From positions 1-40,115 of the forward strand of contig CAVTBV010000015.1 of the NCBI GenBank assembly GCA_963733095.1: a DNA stretch of 40,115 nucleotides, in the 5' to 3' direction. Shown piece after piece: positions 31,824-40,115 of this stretch. A program made the position numbers and the translations under genes. Source of the stretch: Candidatus Bathyarchaeota archaeon (lineage in GTDB: Archaea; Thermoproteota; Bathyarchaeia; Bathyarchaeales; Bathycorpusculaceae). How positions within the stretch are numbered: the stretch's first letter is position 1; the number at the start of each line of letters is the position of its first letter. Under the pieces are notes generated by a model, which worked only from the letters and a program-made list of their open reading frames with translations, ran no database searches and was not told the origin of the DNA.

Positions 31824-31890
31824 CGGGTTTATCTCCTGAGTTGAGGTCGTCAGTCTCTCTTTATATCCTTTTTGATGCTGCTATGTGCGT

Positions 31891-32211
31891 AAGGCCTTCC
31901 AAAATCTGAACTAAACGATTTGCTCTAACTTTGTGCGCTTGAAATGCTCAACTTGGTTATTATTTTCCTCTTCATTGAGCGATCTGACTTGACCGCCGCC
32001 AAAACGAAATTTCTTTTTAGTTTCCATTGGATAATTCACCACTCAAAACACGTTTTATATAACAATGATGAAAAACACTGATAAACTTGGTGGTAAGGCC
32101 CACAGTAGTGAAGAGGTCTTCCGTCTGAAATCTATTCGCCAGAACATATAAAATAAAATAAATAATTTCGAGTTTGACTCTCTCTATCCAGCCCAATCGG
32201 TGACAGACCTT
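31891..32211 (+). repeat. Element R3, split (left end 31891-31908; remainder ~32095-32211)
   Basis: AAGGCCTTCCAAAATCTG, ~186-bp insert, then ...GGTCTTCCGTCTGAAAT..CAGAACATATAAAAT...GACAGACCTT. Confidence 0.75.
31911..32027 (-). CDS. 38-aa microprotein inside split R3
   Basis: METKKKFRFGGGQVRSLNEEENNNQVEHFKRTKLEQIV; GGTGA SD and TTATATAAAA box upstream on minus strand. Confidence 0.5.
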   Translation of the reverse strand: METKKKFRFGGGQVRSLNEEENNNQVEHFKRTKLEQIV

Positions 32212-32296
32212 GGCCCAATCATTGCTAACCATCCAAGTCAATTGTGCACAAATAATAAAAGAAAAGACCGATAAACTGAATTTAGAGGAAAGCTTA

Positions 32297-33312
32297 TTGG
32301 ATGTTGCTTTGGCGGCAAGGATCTTTCTAATCGCAGTTTTGATGCTGGCTGCATTTGACATTCAGACCGCAGAGTCCCAGTCGAGTTTCATTGATAACTT
32401 TGATTCCCCAACTTTAGGAACTGAGTGGAACGTGATTGACGATGCGGGCGGTTCAACATTTGGTTTGTCCGTCCATCCAGGGTGGCTGAGAATCACGACA
32501 ACCACGCCGCCTACAAGGGACCTAAAAAATGATCGAGTTGTTTCTAACACCTTGGCTCCAAGAATTATGCTGTCAGGCGTCAGCGATGATTTCACAATTG
32601 AGACCAAGATTGAAAGTACAATGAATAGCACTGGTGAAGCAGCTGGAATCCTCGTTTGGGCAGACAATACGCGATTTATCTGGCTATCAAAATATTTTAA
32701 CAGGCTTTCTGGAAGCGAGACTATGTATTGTGGGCAGAACGATGGAATCGAAGTCTTGGGCGGTTATAACACCTCGAATCCAATCTATTTGAGAATGAGC
32801 AGAAACGGCACCCTTTTTACCTCTTATTTTAGTTATGATGGAATCAAATGGACTATGTACCATATATTTCATTTCTATTACCTCGATTACAATTTTCTCC
32901 ACGCTCCGTTGATGTTGGATTATACATAACGAATGGCAACTCAAGCATAAGCAGCTTCTCGGCTGACTTTGACTATTTCAATATGACTCTCTCGACTCCA
33001 AGCCCTACTCCAACCCCAACTCCTTCGCCAACCGCAACTCCCTCGCAAACAGCAACTATGCCTACTTTAACTCCAACCGCAACGTCCAGCCAAACATCAA
33101 TGCCCAATCCAACAACCAGTCCATTCCCAACTCCTACTATTCCAGAGTTTTCTTCAATTCTTTGGTTGTTTGTTGCGATAGTCCCAATTGTAATCCTTTT
33201 CAAAACACTCGATTCAAAAATTGCCAGAAGAAAGATGAGAAGTGCTGACATAAGATGCTCTCGCTTCTGTCATAGTATCATTGCGAGGCTTTGTCCAGAA
33301 TTTTTTCGATAG
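32297..33312 (+). pseudogene. Frameshifted ConA-like (DUF1349/beta-xylosidase C-terminal-like) PEF-CTERM surface protein
   Basis: Domain starts in ORF 32210-32929 (DNFDS..L...W; YLR..R.G..F..Y.S.DG..W) and ends in ORF 32848-33312 (VGLY..ADFDYF, PT linker, IPEF-TM). Confidence 0.8.
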
Positions 33313-33423
33313 AAGAGGCATTAAAAGCCTTGACTCTCCTTGGAATAAACGATTTCTCTAGTTTATTCCCAGACCTCATGCGAAAAGACGGATACCAGTA
33401 CAAGTTCTGAACCTGGCGCAATC

Positions 33424-33557
33424 AAGGCCCTCCGAAATTTGGGAGGTATAGCGGGAATAAGGTTTTCCGGGTTTTACCTTATTATAAGAACCTATAAAAT
33501 GAATATTATTTATTTTGATTTGGCTTATCCTATGGTGCCAGATTTTTGAAAGGACTC
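33424..33557 (+). repeat. ~130-bp element R4
   Basis: AAGGCCCTCC...TTATTATAAGAACCTATAAAAT...CTTATCCTATGGTGCC...GAAAGGACTC. Confidence 0.85.
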
Positions 33558-33573
33558 AGTCAAACATTTATTG

Positions 33574-35283
33574 TTAATTCCTTTGGGGCAAACGTACTAA
33601 GAAGGTCGTTCCTTTGCCTTCTTGGCTCTCGAAAGTTACGGTGCCACCCAATGCTTCAGTCATGCGTTTAATAACGACTAAGCCGAACCCTTGGCCTTTC
33701 GATTTAGTTGTAAACATTGGCGTAAATAATTTGCCTTTAACTGCTTCGGGGATACCAACTCCTGTATCCTTAACGCTTATGATAGTATCGTTTGCTTCTT
33801 TGCAGGTAAGTATGGTTAGTTCACCACCATTTGGCATGGCTTGAACTGCGTTATTTATTAGATTGTAGATGATGCGGTTCATGAAAGTGGAGTCAGCTGC
33901 AACTTTTTCTGCTTTCACATTAATGGTTACCTTGATGTTTTCGGGCAAACCGTTCTTAACCAGCAAGTCATCAATTACTCCCTTGAGATTGGTTTCCTCT
34001 ACATTCGGTTTAAGCGGTCTGGCGAAATCTTGCAGATCTTGAACGATTTTGTTAATATAATTGGTGTTTTTTTCAATCTCAGTTAGGCTTTCTTGAATAT
34101 TGTCTTTCATTTCGCTTTCTGGAATGGCTGCCAATTCTGTTTTAGCTAAGTAAACATCGCCCGTTATAGCTTGAAGTGGATTGCGGATATCATGCCCAAC
34201 CATACCCGCAGTTGCACCGATAGCAGCTAACCGCTCAGAATCTTTAAGCTGTTTGGTGCGTTCTTCAACAAGTCTCTCTAAACTATTTTGATATTCCTCA
34301 AGCTTCTCTTCAGCTTTCTTACGTTCAGTAATATCTTGAACCATGGATAATACGCCAATTACGGAATTATCTTCTCTTTTGAGGGGGGTGTTGCTCCAAG
34401 AGCAAGTTATCAGTTTACCTTTTTTGGTTAAATTGTCATTAACGATATTTGCTGTCTCATCTCCTTCGAGTAATCGCCGCCAGATTTCTTCTACAACGGG
34501 TTGGGCTTCTTTGGGAACAATAGTTCCGTAGGGCTGTTTGCCAATGATTTCTTTTGTAGAATATCCAAAAATGGTTTCTGCAGCAGGATTCCACGAAGTA
34601 ACCCTGAAGTCTTTATCCCAGACAATACAGCCAATTGGCATCCTCTTAATCTGCAACTCCAACTGATTCTTGGCTTCTTTCAACTCTTTTTCATTTTCTT
34701 CCAGCATCCCAAGCATTTGGCTGTTGGCTAGGGCAATCGAGGCAAGTTCTCCAAATGCCATCGCCATTTCAGCGTCTCGTTTTGTAAATCCGCCTTCTTT
34801 GTTAGCCAGCCCAATTACTCCGACTGTTCTCTGTTCAATTTTTAACGGCGCAAATAGTACGCTATCGAGTTGTACGTGACCTTTGGGCGAGAATTTTTGC
34901 CATTCACTCTGTGGGAAATCATTTTCAATCGCCACTTTCCCAGAGTTGTAGGCTTCAGCACGGAGTCCGCGAATAGGCATTGGGAGTGAAGGATCAACGG
35001 TGCAGGGAAGCCCTCCTGAGTCCAAAAATAGAACTATGTTTTCTTTTCCGTTGTCGCTTAAGAGTGCAACATAACCAGCGATTGCGCCGATTAGTTCTTT
35101 ACAGGCGTCAAATATTGCTCGAGCAGAATCGGGGAATTCTTTGTTTTGCAAAACTGCCCTTGATGCCTTCAATAAAGATGAAATCTCAGACTCATGCCTT
35201 CGTGATTCGTTGAGAGATGTAGCTAATTCCGGTTCTATTTTCTTGGGTCCGTTAAGTCTAGCTCGCGCTCGCTTTTTAGACAT
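33574..35283 (-). CDS. GAF-PAS sensor histidine kinase
   Basis: GHDIRNPL H-box, NAVQAM, DTGVG, FTPMFTTK, GQGFGL; PAS WNPAAETIFGY; start MSKKRAR inferred. Confidence 0.93.
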   Translation of the reverse strand: MSKKRARARLNGPKKIEPELATSLNESRRHESEISSLLKASRAVLQNKEFPDSARAIFDACKELIGAIAGYVALLSDNGKENIVLFLDSGGLPCTVDPSLPMPIRGLRAEAYNSGKVAIENDFPQSEWQKFSPKGHVQLDSVLFAPLKIEQRTVGVIGLANKEGGFTKRDAEMAMAFGELASIALANSQMLGMLEENEKELKEAKNQLELQIKRMPIGCIVWDKDFRVTSWNPAAETIFGYSTKEIIGKQPYGTIVPKEAQPVVEEIWRRLLEGDETANIVNDNLTKKGKLITCSWSNTPLKREDNSVIGVLSMVQDITERKKAEEKLEEYQNSLERLVEERTKQLKDSERLAAIGATAGMVGHDIRNPLQAITGDVYLAKTELAAIPESEMKDNIQESLTEIEKNTNYINKIVQDLQDFARPLKPNVEETNLKGVIDDLLVKNGLPENIKVTINVKAEKVAADSTFMNRIIYNLINNAVQAMPNGGELTILTCKEANDTIISVKDTGVGIPEAVKGKLFTPMFTTKSKGQGFGLVVIKRMTEALGGTVTFESQEGKGTTFLVRLPQRN

Positions 35284-35416
35284 AGGTCTGATCTCTTGTG
35301 CTGTGGTTATCCTTAGTGTCCGAAATAATAAAAGCTTGGGGAAAATCAATGCCTCTGGTCCATCTGTATCTTATGACGCAAATTGCTCTTAAAACATCTA
35401 ATGGCCTTGTCAACTG

Positions 35417-35550
35417 AAGGCCTTCCAAATTCTGGGTCCTATAATATGAAGCGGGTCTTCCGTCTAAAATTTAATCATCAGAACTTATAAAATAGAATAA
35501 TTATTTTTGGATCTGACTTATCCTATGGTGCACAATCTGTGGAATGCCTT
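35417..35550 (+). repeat. ~130-bp element R5
   Basis: AAGGCCTTCC...AATCATCAGAACTTATAAAAT...TGACTTATCCTATGG...GGAATGCCTT. Confidence 0.9.
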
Positions 35551-35596
35551 CGAAAACTTTTAAGCTTGCTGTTTCAGTTCTTTGTGTGGGATATTC

Positions 35597-36133
35597 ATGG
35601 ATTTTATGGATGTTATATCGGCAAGGAAAAGTATTCGACGTTACGTGGATAAGCCGGTTGAGGAAGAAAAGCTCACGAAAGTTCTCGAGACGGCAAGGTT
35701 GGCGCCTTCATGGGCGAATAAACAATGTTGCAGATACATCGTTGTGAAGGATAAAGCCAAAATTCAAGAGTTGGCGGGCGGCTTAAACGGCTGGCTCAAG
35801 CAGGCGCCAGTTATAGTAGTTGCATGCGCTGATCCTAAAGATTCTGGCGACCGAAACGGCATGAACTATTACCTTGTGGATGTGGGCATATCAATGCAGC
35901 AGCTGGTTTTAGTGGCCACCAATTTAGAACTTGGGACTTGCTGGATTGGCGCCTTCGATGAAGCAAAAGTCAAAAAAGCTTTGGGGGTTCCGGAAAACAT
36001 CAAGGTTGTGGCGATGACTCCTTTAGGGTACCCTGCAGAAAAAGAGGGCATCGGCAGCAAACTCATAAAGACCGCAATCGGAAGCGGCAAAAGAAAACCT
36101 CTCAAAGAAATCGTTCATTACGAAAAATGGTGA
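35597..36133 (+). CDS. Nitroreductase family protein
   Basis: RKSIRRY, APSWANKQ, LGTCWIGAF, PLGYP, RKPL.EIV. Confidence 0.93.
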   Translation: MDFMDVISARKSIRRYVDKPVEEEKLTKVLETARLAPSWANKQCCRYIVVKDKAKIQELAGGLNGWLKQAPVIVVACADPKDSGDRNGMNYYLVDVGISMQQLVLVATNLELGTCWIGAFDEAKVKKALGVPENIKVVAMTPLGYPAEKEGIGSKLIKTAIGSGKRKPLKEIVHYEKW

Positions 36134-36177
36134 AGCTAGCGGGTGCCCGAACAATGTTCGTTGTGTCTGGGGCGACT

Positions 36178-36309
36178 AAGACCTTCCAGAAGTTGGGTGG
36201 TATAGAGTGAGAAAGCCTTGCCGGAAAATAACATCATCAGAACACATAAAAAACAAAATTTTATTTCAGGGTTGATTCTTTCTATTCGCCCCAATCGGCG
36301 ACAGACTTC
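36178..36309 (+). repeat. ~130-bp element R6
   Basis: AAGACCTTCC..TTGGG..TATAG...ATCATCAGAAC...CTAT..CCCAAT..GACAGACTTC. Confidence 0.85.
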
Positions 36310-36342
36310 TGCCCAATCAGTGTACTTTGTTCGCCAATTGCT

Positions 36343-36681
36343 TTATTTTACTCTATAATCGGTAGAGATTGAGTTGTAAGGATTCTGGTTCTCTCTTCGC
36401 TCAGCAGTGTCTTTCATTTCCTCAACGATTTGGTCAATACTTGCCCCGGAAGATAAGATTCCCAAAACGATTGACCGTGATAATAGCTCAAGTTTTTCAT
36501 TATCTGCGTTGACCTTGATCTCAAGAATTGTCATCTCTTTATCAGTCACATAAAGCTCTACAACACCGTCTTTAGGGCGTTCTTCGGGAATTCCTCGCAC
36601 AAGTATTGCGTAATAATCCCGTTTTCCCCTTGCAAAGAGGCTTCCGTCTGAGTCAACGGTTGTCCAATTTAATGTTGCCAA
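36343..36681 (-). CDS. Hypothetical protein
   Basis: 112-aa ORF, TTG start after GGGAGAG. Confidence 0.65.
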   Translation of the reverse strand: MATLNWTTVDSDGSLFARGKRDYYAILVRGIPEERPKDGVVELYVTDKEMTILEIKVNADNEKLELLSRSIVLGILSSGASIDQIVEEMKDTAERRENQNPYNSISTDYRVK

Positions 36682-36828
36682 TTGCTTTCTCTCCCTTGAC
36701 TTTGAGTGTTGAAGTCTTTGCGCTTCCTGCCCTCAACTTATCTGCTTATTTGTAGTATAGGTGCTTTGTTCTTTTAAAGTTAAACAGACCGACTTATCAA
36801 AATCAGAATCTGCACTATACACGCGCAC

Positions 36829-36958
36829 GAGGCCCCTACTCTGAGGGGTATAGTGGAAGGAGAATGTTATCCGCAAAATAGTTTATCATCAGAACATTTG
36901 AAAATCAAATAAATAAATTCAAACTTATCAACTCTGTAACCTCCGTCCGACAGGCCTT
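36829..36958 (+). repeat. ~130-bp element R7
   Basis: GAGGCCCC..GGGGTATAG...TCCG..TTATCATCAGAAC...GACAGGCCTT. Confidence 0.8.
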
Positions 36959-36988
36959 GGCTCCTTCATTGCATGCATGGTACAATCG

Positions 36989-37201
36989 TCATGGCTTATA
37001 GATAACGCAAACTCCCATGTCCTTTCTTAGACGCCACATTAAGCCTCGTTGAGCAATGAAATTCTGCAAGTCGGGGCTACAATCAACCTTCATAACAAGT
37101 TCAAATTTGCCCTTGTTTTCTCTGACGTAAACGGCTGACGGCTGCGCAAGCTCCAGAGTTATAATCTCCTTTACCAGTGCTACTGCTTGATGCCTTTCCA
37201 A
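36989..37201 (-). CDS. Small hypothetical protein
   Basis: 70-aa ORF; TTATATA box ~35 bp upstream. Confidence 0.7.
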   Translation of the reverse strand: MERHQAVALVKEIITLELAQPSAVYVRENKGKFELVMKVDCSPDLQNFIAQRGLMWRLRKDMGVCVIYKP

Positions 37202-37524
37202 GTGTAAGCCCCAAACTTCTTATCGGTTGATTTTGTATATAACGGTTTAGCGAATTTCAATGTATGATGTATCGATTTTAACCCGAAATTTTTCCGGGAA
37301 ATTTTCGGATGCGCCTATACAAACGAGCCAAGCGGTTCCACGCATTTAACATTTCTGCCTAAGTGGATTTTCAATGAACGGATTTTAGATCTTTTTGACA
37401 GTGGCTGCTCGATTATCGGGGGTGTCGGTCATTTGCCATTCTAAGGTGTCAAGATCGTTCTTAAGCCTTCAAGCTCCCCATTCCGTTGGGCAAGGCGATA
37501 AAACATTGATGGTTAGATCGAACA

Positions 37525-37875
37525 TTATTTTTGAGGTTGAAACAACGGTCGCGGGTCGAACAACACTCTGATTGAGCTTATTTTACCATTTTGCATTTGA
37601 TACAATCCGCATGCGAACACAACCACCTGTCGCGCGCTGAAGTTTATATCGTAGATAATGCAAACGTCGTTTCTTTCAGAAAACACCTTTTTGGCATCAT
37701 ATTTTAAGCGGAGAGGCTCAAGTCCTTTGAAATAAGCATCAGCGCCCTCAAGGGGCGATCCATCAGGCGCGTAGAAAGACACATTATCCGTTACGTAACT
37801 TCTGGCGTTTATGTAGTCTTGCTATTGTATCGCCTTCAAAAATAATAAAACGATTTCTTTTGTGTTTGAATTCAT
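37525..37875 (-). pseudogene. SnoaL/NTF2-like protein with in-frame TAG at codon 18
   Basis: MNSNTKEIVLLFLKAIQ*QDYINARSYVTDNVSF...NGKISSIRVLFDPR. Confidence 0.75.
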
Positions 37876-38299
37876 AAAAATCATGTATTTGTGAATAATT
37901 TTGAAATATATGACTTCTTCTTCCGAGTTTTTGGACACAAAAATTAATTAGGTTAACTTTCGAACGACGGAAACGCGTTCTCCGTTTACAACTTCTATTC
38001 GCCCTTCAAGCGTGTCGCCTGTTGCAAGGTTCAAGAATTCATCTATTCCTTCCTGTATTGTTTTCCTCAACGACTTTGATTTCGGCGCTAACAAATTTCC
38101 GAAAACGCAAATAAACCTCGACTCAAAACGGGCGGGGATAGCTATGGACTCTCGTTTGAACCCTCGGGTATGGGGTGGGTCGTACCGGACTTACCCCCGA
38201 ATCATCCGATTTATATAGAATTTGCAATTATTCGAGGCGATTGCTGCTTTGTGCAAAAGCTTTTGTATCACATGCTTTGAATAATGGATTGGGGTAAAT

Positions 38300-39154
38300 A
38301 TGCCGAAATTTCAAGTATACAAAGATACTGCAGGCAAACACCGTTTTCGCCTCCGAGCAGACAACAATAAAATCGTAGCTGTAGGAGAAGCATACGAACA
38401 ATACGCAGGCTGCATAAACGGCATCAAGAGCATACAGAAAAATTCCAAAGCGCCAGTTGAAGATATCACAGTTGAAGGGCAACGATTTTCAAACCCAAAA
38501 TTCCAGGTTTACAAAGACAATGCTGGAAAGTTTAGGTTCCATCTATACGCAAGAAACGGCGAGATCATTGCCGATAGTAGCGAAGGATATGAGACCAAAG
38601 ATGCTTGCTTTAATGGCATTGATGTAGTAGGGCAAAGTGGCGATGCTGAAATCAAGGACCTGACTGAATCCGAAGAATCAACTGCAGAAAAGACCCAAGA
38701 TGCTTCACCGACAATTTCTGCAGAAACGAAGACACCCCAAAGTATTGAGATGTCTAAACCTGAAGTGATCAAAATGGATAAAGAAGACGAAATATTAGCA
38801 GAGTTAAAAAAAATTAGTGCAGCTTTAGAAAAAGCTCCGCCACCAACACCGCCAAAAGGCTTTGTGAACGAGTTCAAGGATTTTTTGTCAAAGTACAAGA
38901 TATTTGGCTTAGCTGTTGCTTTCATCTTAGCTTTGTATGCTGGCATTTTAATTCAGGCACTTGTTAAAGACTTCATCATTCCTCTCTTAGGCTTAGCAAT
39001 CCCGGGAATGGCAAACCTAGCCACGTATGCAGTTGGCGTTATGAGTCAGTCATTTGGCGTAGGAGACTTTCTAGTAGCACTAATAACTTTCATTATAGTG
39101 GCATTAATAGTGTTCGTTATAGTGAAAGTAGCCAAGAAATGGCACATAGAATAA
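38300..39154 (+). CDS. Fusion of tandem DUF1508 (YegP-like) domains with an MscL-family mechanosensitive channel
   Basis: Two KFQVYKD.AGK.RF.L.A.N..I.A..E.Y repeats; then EFKDFL.KY...GLAVAFI...LVKD.I.P...G.FL.ALI.F.I. Confidence 0.85.
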   Translation: MPKFQVYKDTAGKHRFRLRADNNKIVAVGEAYEQYAGCINGIKSIQKNSKAPVEDITVEGQRFSNPKFQVYKDNAGKFRFHLYARNGEIIADSSEGYETKDACFNGIDVVGQSGDAEIKDLTESEESTAEKTQDASPTISAETKTPQSIEMSKPEVIKMDKEDEILAELKKISAALEKAPPPTPPKGFVNEFKDFLSKYKIFGLAVAFILALYAGILIQALVKDFIIPLLGLAIPGMANLATYAVGVMSQSFGVGDFLVALITFIIVALIVFVIVKVAKKWHIE

Positions 39155-39572
39155 ATCCCTTCTTTTCTTCCTTATTTTTTTATTCTAAGATGTAAGTCAA
39201 GACATCTAGCATTAGAAGTTGGTGCTCAAATTATTTATTGACCTAGCACCTAATAGTTTATGATAGGCTAAGAGAATAGCAAAGTTTTCCATTAGACAAA
39301 AGGCAAGGAAATATCCTTTTAGATTCAAGAAATTTTATCTCACTAAAAGAAACAGCGCCTAAGCAACCATAGAAACATATCATAGTCCTAGGCAATACTC
39401 TTTTTTATAGAGTGCATTGTTTGTGTCACAAGGGATGAATTGACTATTTAGTGCATATCCGACGGATAGAGCACATATTTAGCTGATTCAAGTTAGTGCT
39501 TGTAACAAAACTTAAATTAGCAATAATGTTAAACCAATTGATACTTTTAGCTTTTTTTAGGAGGTGATTTCT

Positions 39573-39674
39573 TTGAAATGTGGTCTTTGCAAAGGTGAAG
39601 TTAAGGAGCAATCCAAAATAACAGATGATGGAAAATGTTCAAACTGTGGTGCCAAACTGGCAGTTGCCAAATAA
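39573..39674 (+). CDS. 33-aa zinc-finger microprotein, not in ORF track
   Basis: MKCGLCKGEVKEQSKITDDGKCSNCGAKLAVAK; perfect GGAGGTGA SD; T-rich terminator follows. Confidence 0.7.
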   Translation: MKCGLCKGEVKEQSKITDDGKCSNCGAKLAVAK

Positions 39675-39803
39675 ATTCTAAAGTGCCAACGTTATTATTC
39701 CCTTTTTTATTTAATTTTTTCTTCACGCTCCAATTTTGTTCTTTAATGGTCATTAAATAGGTCTTCTAGTACTCTGGTCAGCTCCAAACTAGGAATTATC
39801 TGT

Positions 39804-40115
39804 ATGAAGATTAAGTGTGTACAAGCTAAGTGTGAGATATGTGGTAAGTTAGCTTCAATTCAAGTTTTCTATAATAAGCGTGGCACAGCAAAGTATGCTA
39901 GAGCTAGACATTATGTAGGTAGAGAGAATGGTAAACCTAAGTTTGAATATCACCAACAATCGCTAGAATATATTCAGGTAGAAATCAGTAAGATTCCTAA
40001 AGTTAATCCTACTAATACCTTAGAGATTGGTCATGTTGGTCAAAGAATGGATATTGACCTAGAGAAGCTAGAATTAACCTCTAAACTAGATACTGTGGCG
40101 GGCGGGGAGGGATTT
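39804..40115 (+). CDS. Partial ORF reading into the tRNA; candidate N-terminal fragment of a split SSV-type integrase
   Basis: 104 open codons MKIKCVQAKCEICGK...RHY...HQQ...TVAGGEGF, no stop before window end. Confidence 0.6.
   Translation, partial: MKIKCVQAKCEICGKLASIQVFYNKRGTAKYARARHYVGRENGKPKFEYHQQSLEYIQVEISKIPKVNPTNTLEIGHVGQRMDIDLEKLELTSKLDTVAGGEGF
40096..40115 (-). tRNA. 3' end of a tRNA gene (truncated by window; isotype undetermined)
   Basis: Reverse complement AAAT-CCCTC-CCCGCCC-G-CCA = T-loop end, T-stem, acceptor stem, discriminator, CCA. Confidence 0.75.

Larger units (their letters stand above)
30500..40115. mobile_element. tRNA-anchored integrated element / genomic island (decayed)
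   Basis: Flanking att-like repeats, heterogeneous cargo, pseudogenes, internal repeat array, ORF reading into the tRNA. Confidence 0.7.

Noticed and set aside
30760-36958. Repeats as a CRISPR array or canonical integron attC sites
   Set aside because: Units are ~130 bp, diverged and separated by 0.4-1.9 kb of genes. There are no cas genes, no RYYYAAC/GTTRRRY ends and no intI in the window.
37948-38120. Minus-strand fragment LNLATGDTLEGRIEVVNGERVSVVRKL, faintly AbrB-like
   Set aside because: No clean start and only weak similarity; possibly a pseudogene but not supportable by eye.

Overview
Archaeal chromosomal window, most likely Bathyarchaeia. The assignment rests on the gene set (proteasome beta, aCPSF1/FttA, SepF, LysW, TrmB, PEF-CTERM and PQQ-propeller surface proteins) and on TATA-type promoters. 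The left ~25 kb is mostly housekeeping: lysW, dinB, queT-queC, psmB-aCPSF1, an aminotransferase-serA-DUF1015 operon, aquaporin, a DEAD-box helicase and citrate synthase. The right ~15 kb is an accessory region ending in the 3' end of a minus-strand tRNA (40096-40115). That tRNA end is duplicated at 30500 (19/20 identical) and, more degenerately, at 25545, as expected for att scars of integrated elements. An unannotated ORF reads into the tRNA like the N-terminal fragment of a split SSV-type integrase. The most striking observation is seven co-oriented, diverged ~130-bp imperfect palindromic elements (30.76-36.96 kb), each separating roughly one unrelated cargo gene. This looks like a gene-cassette array whose sites do not match canonical integron attC ends. 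A second strong candidate is a preQ-type riboswitch-like pseudoknot in the queT-queC leader. All calls are by eye from motifs; no database searches were run.
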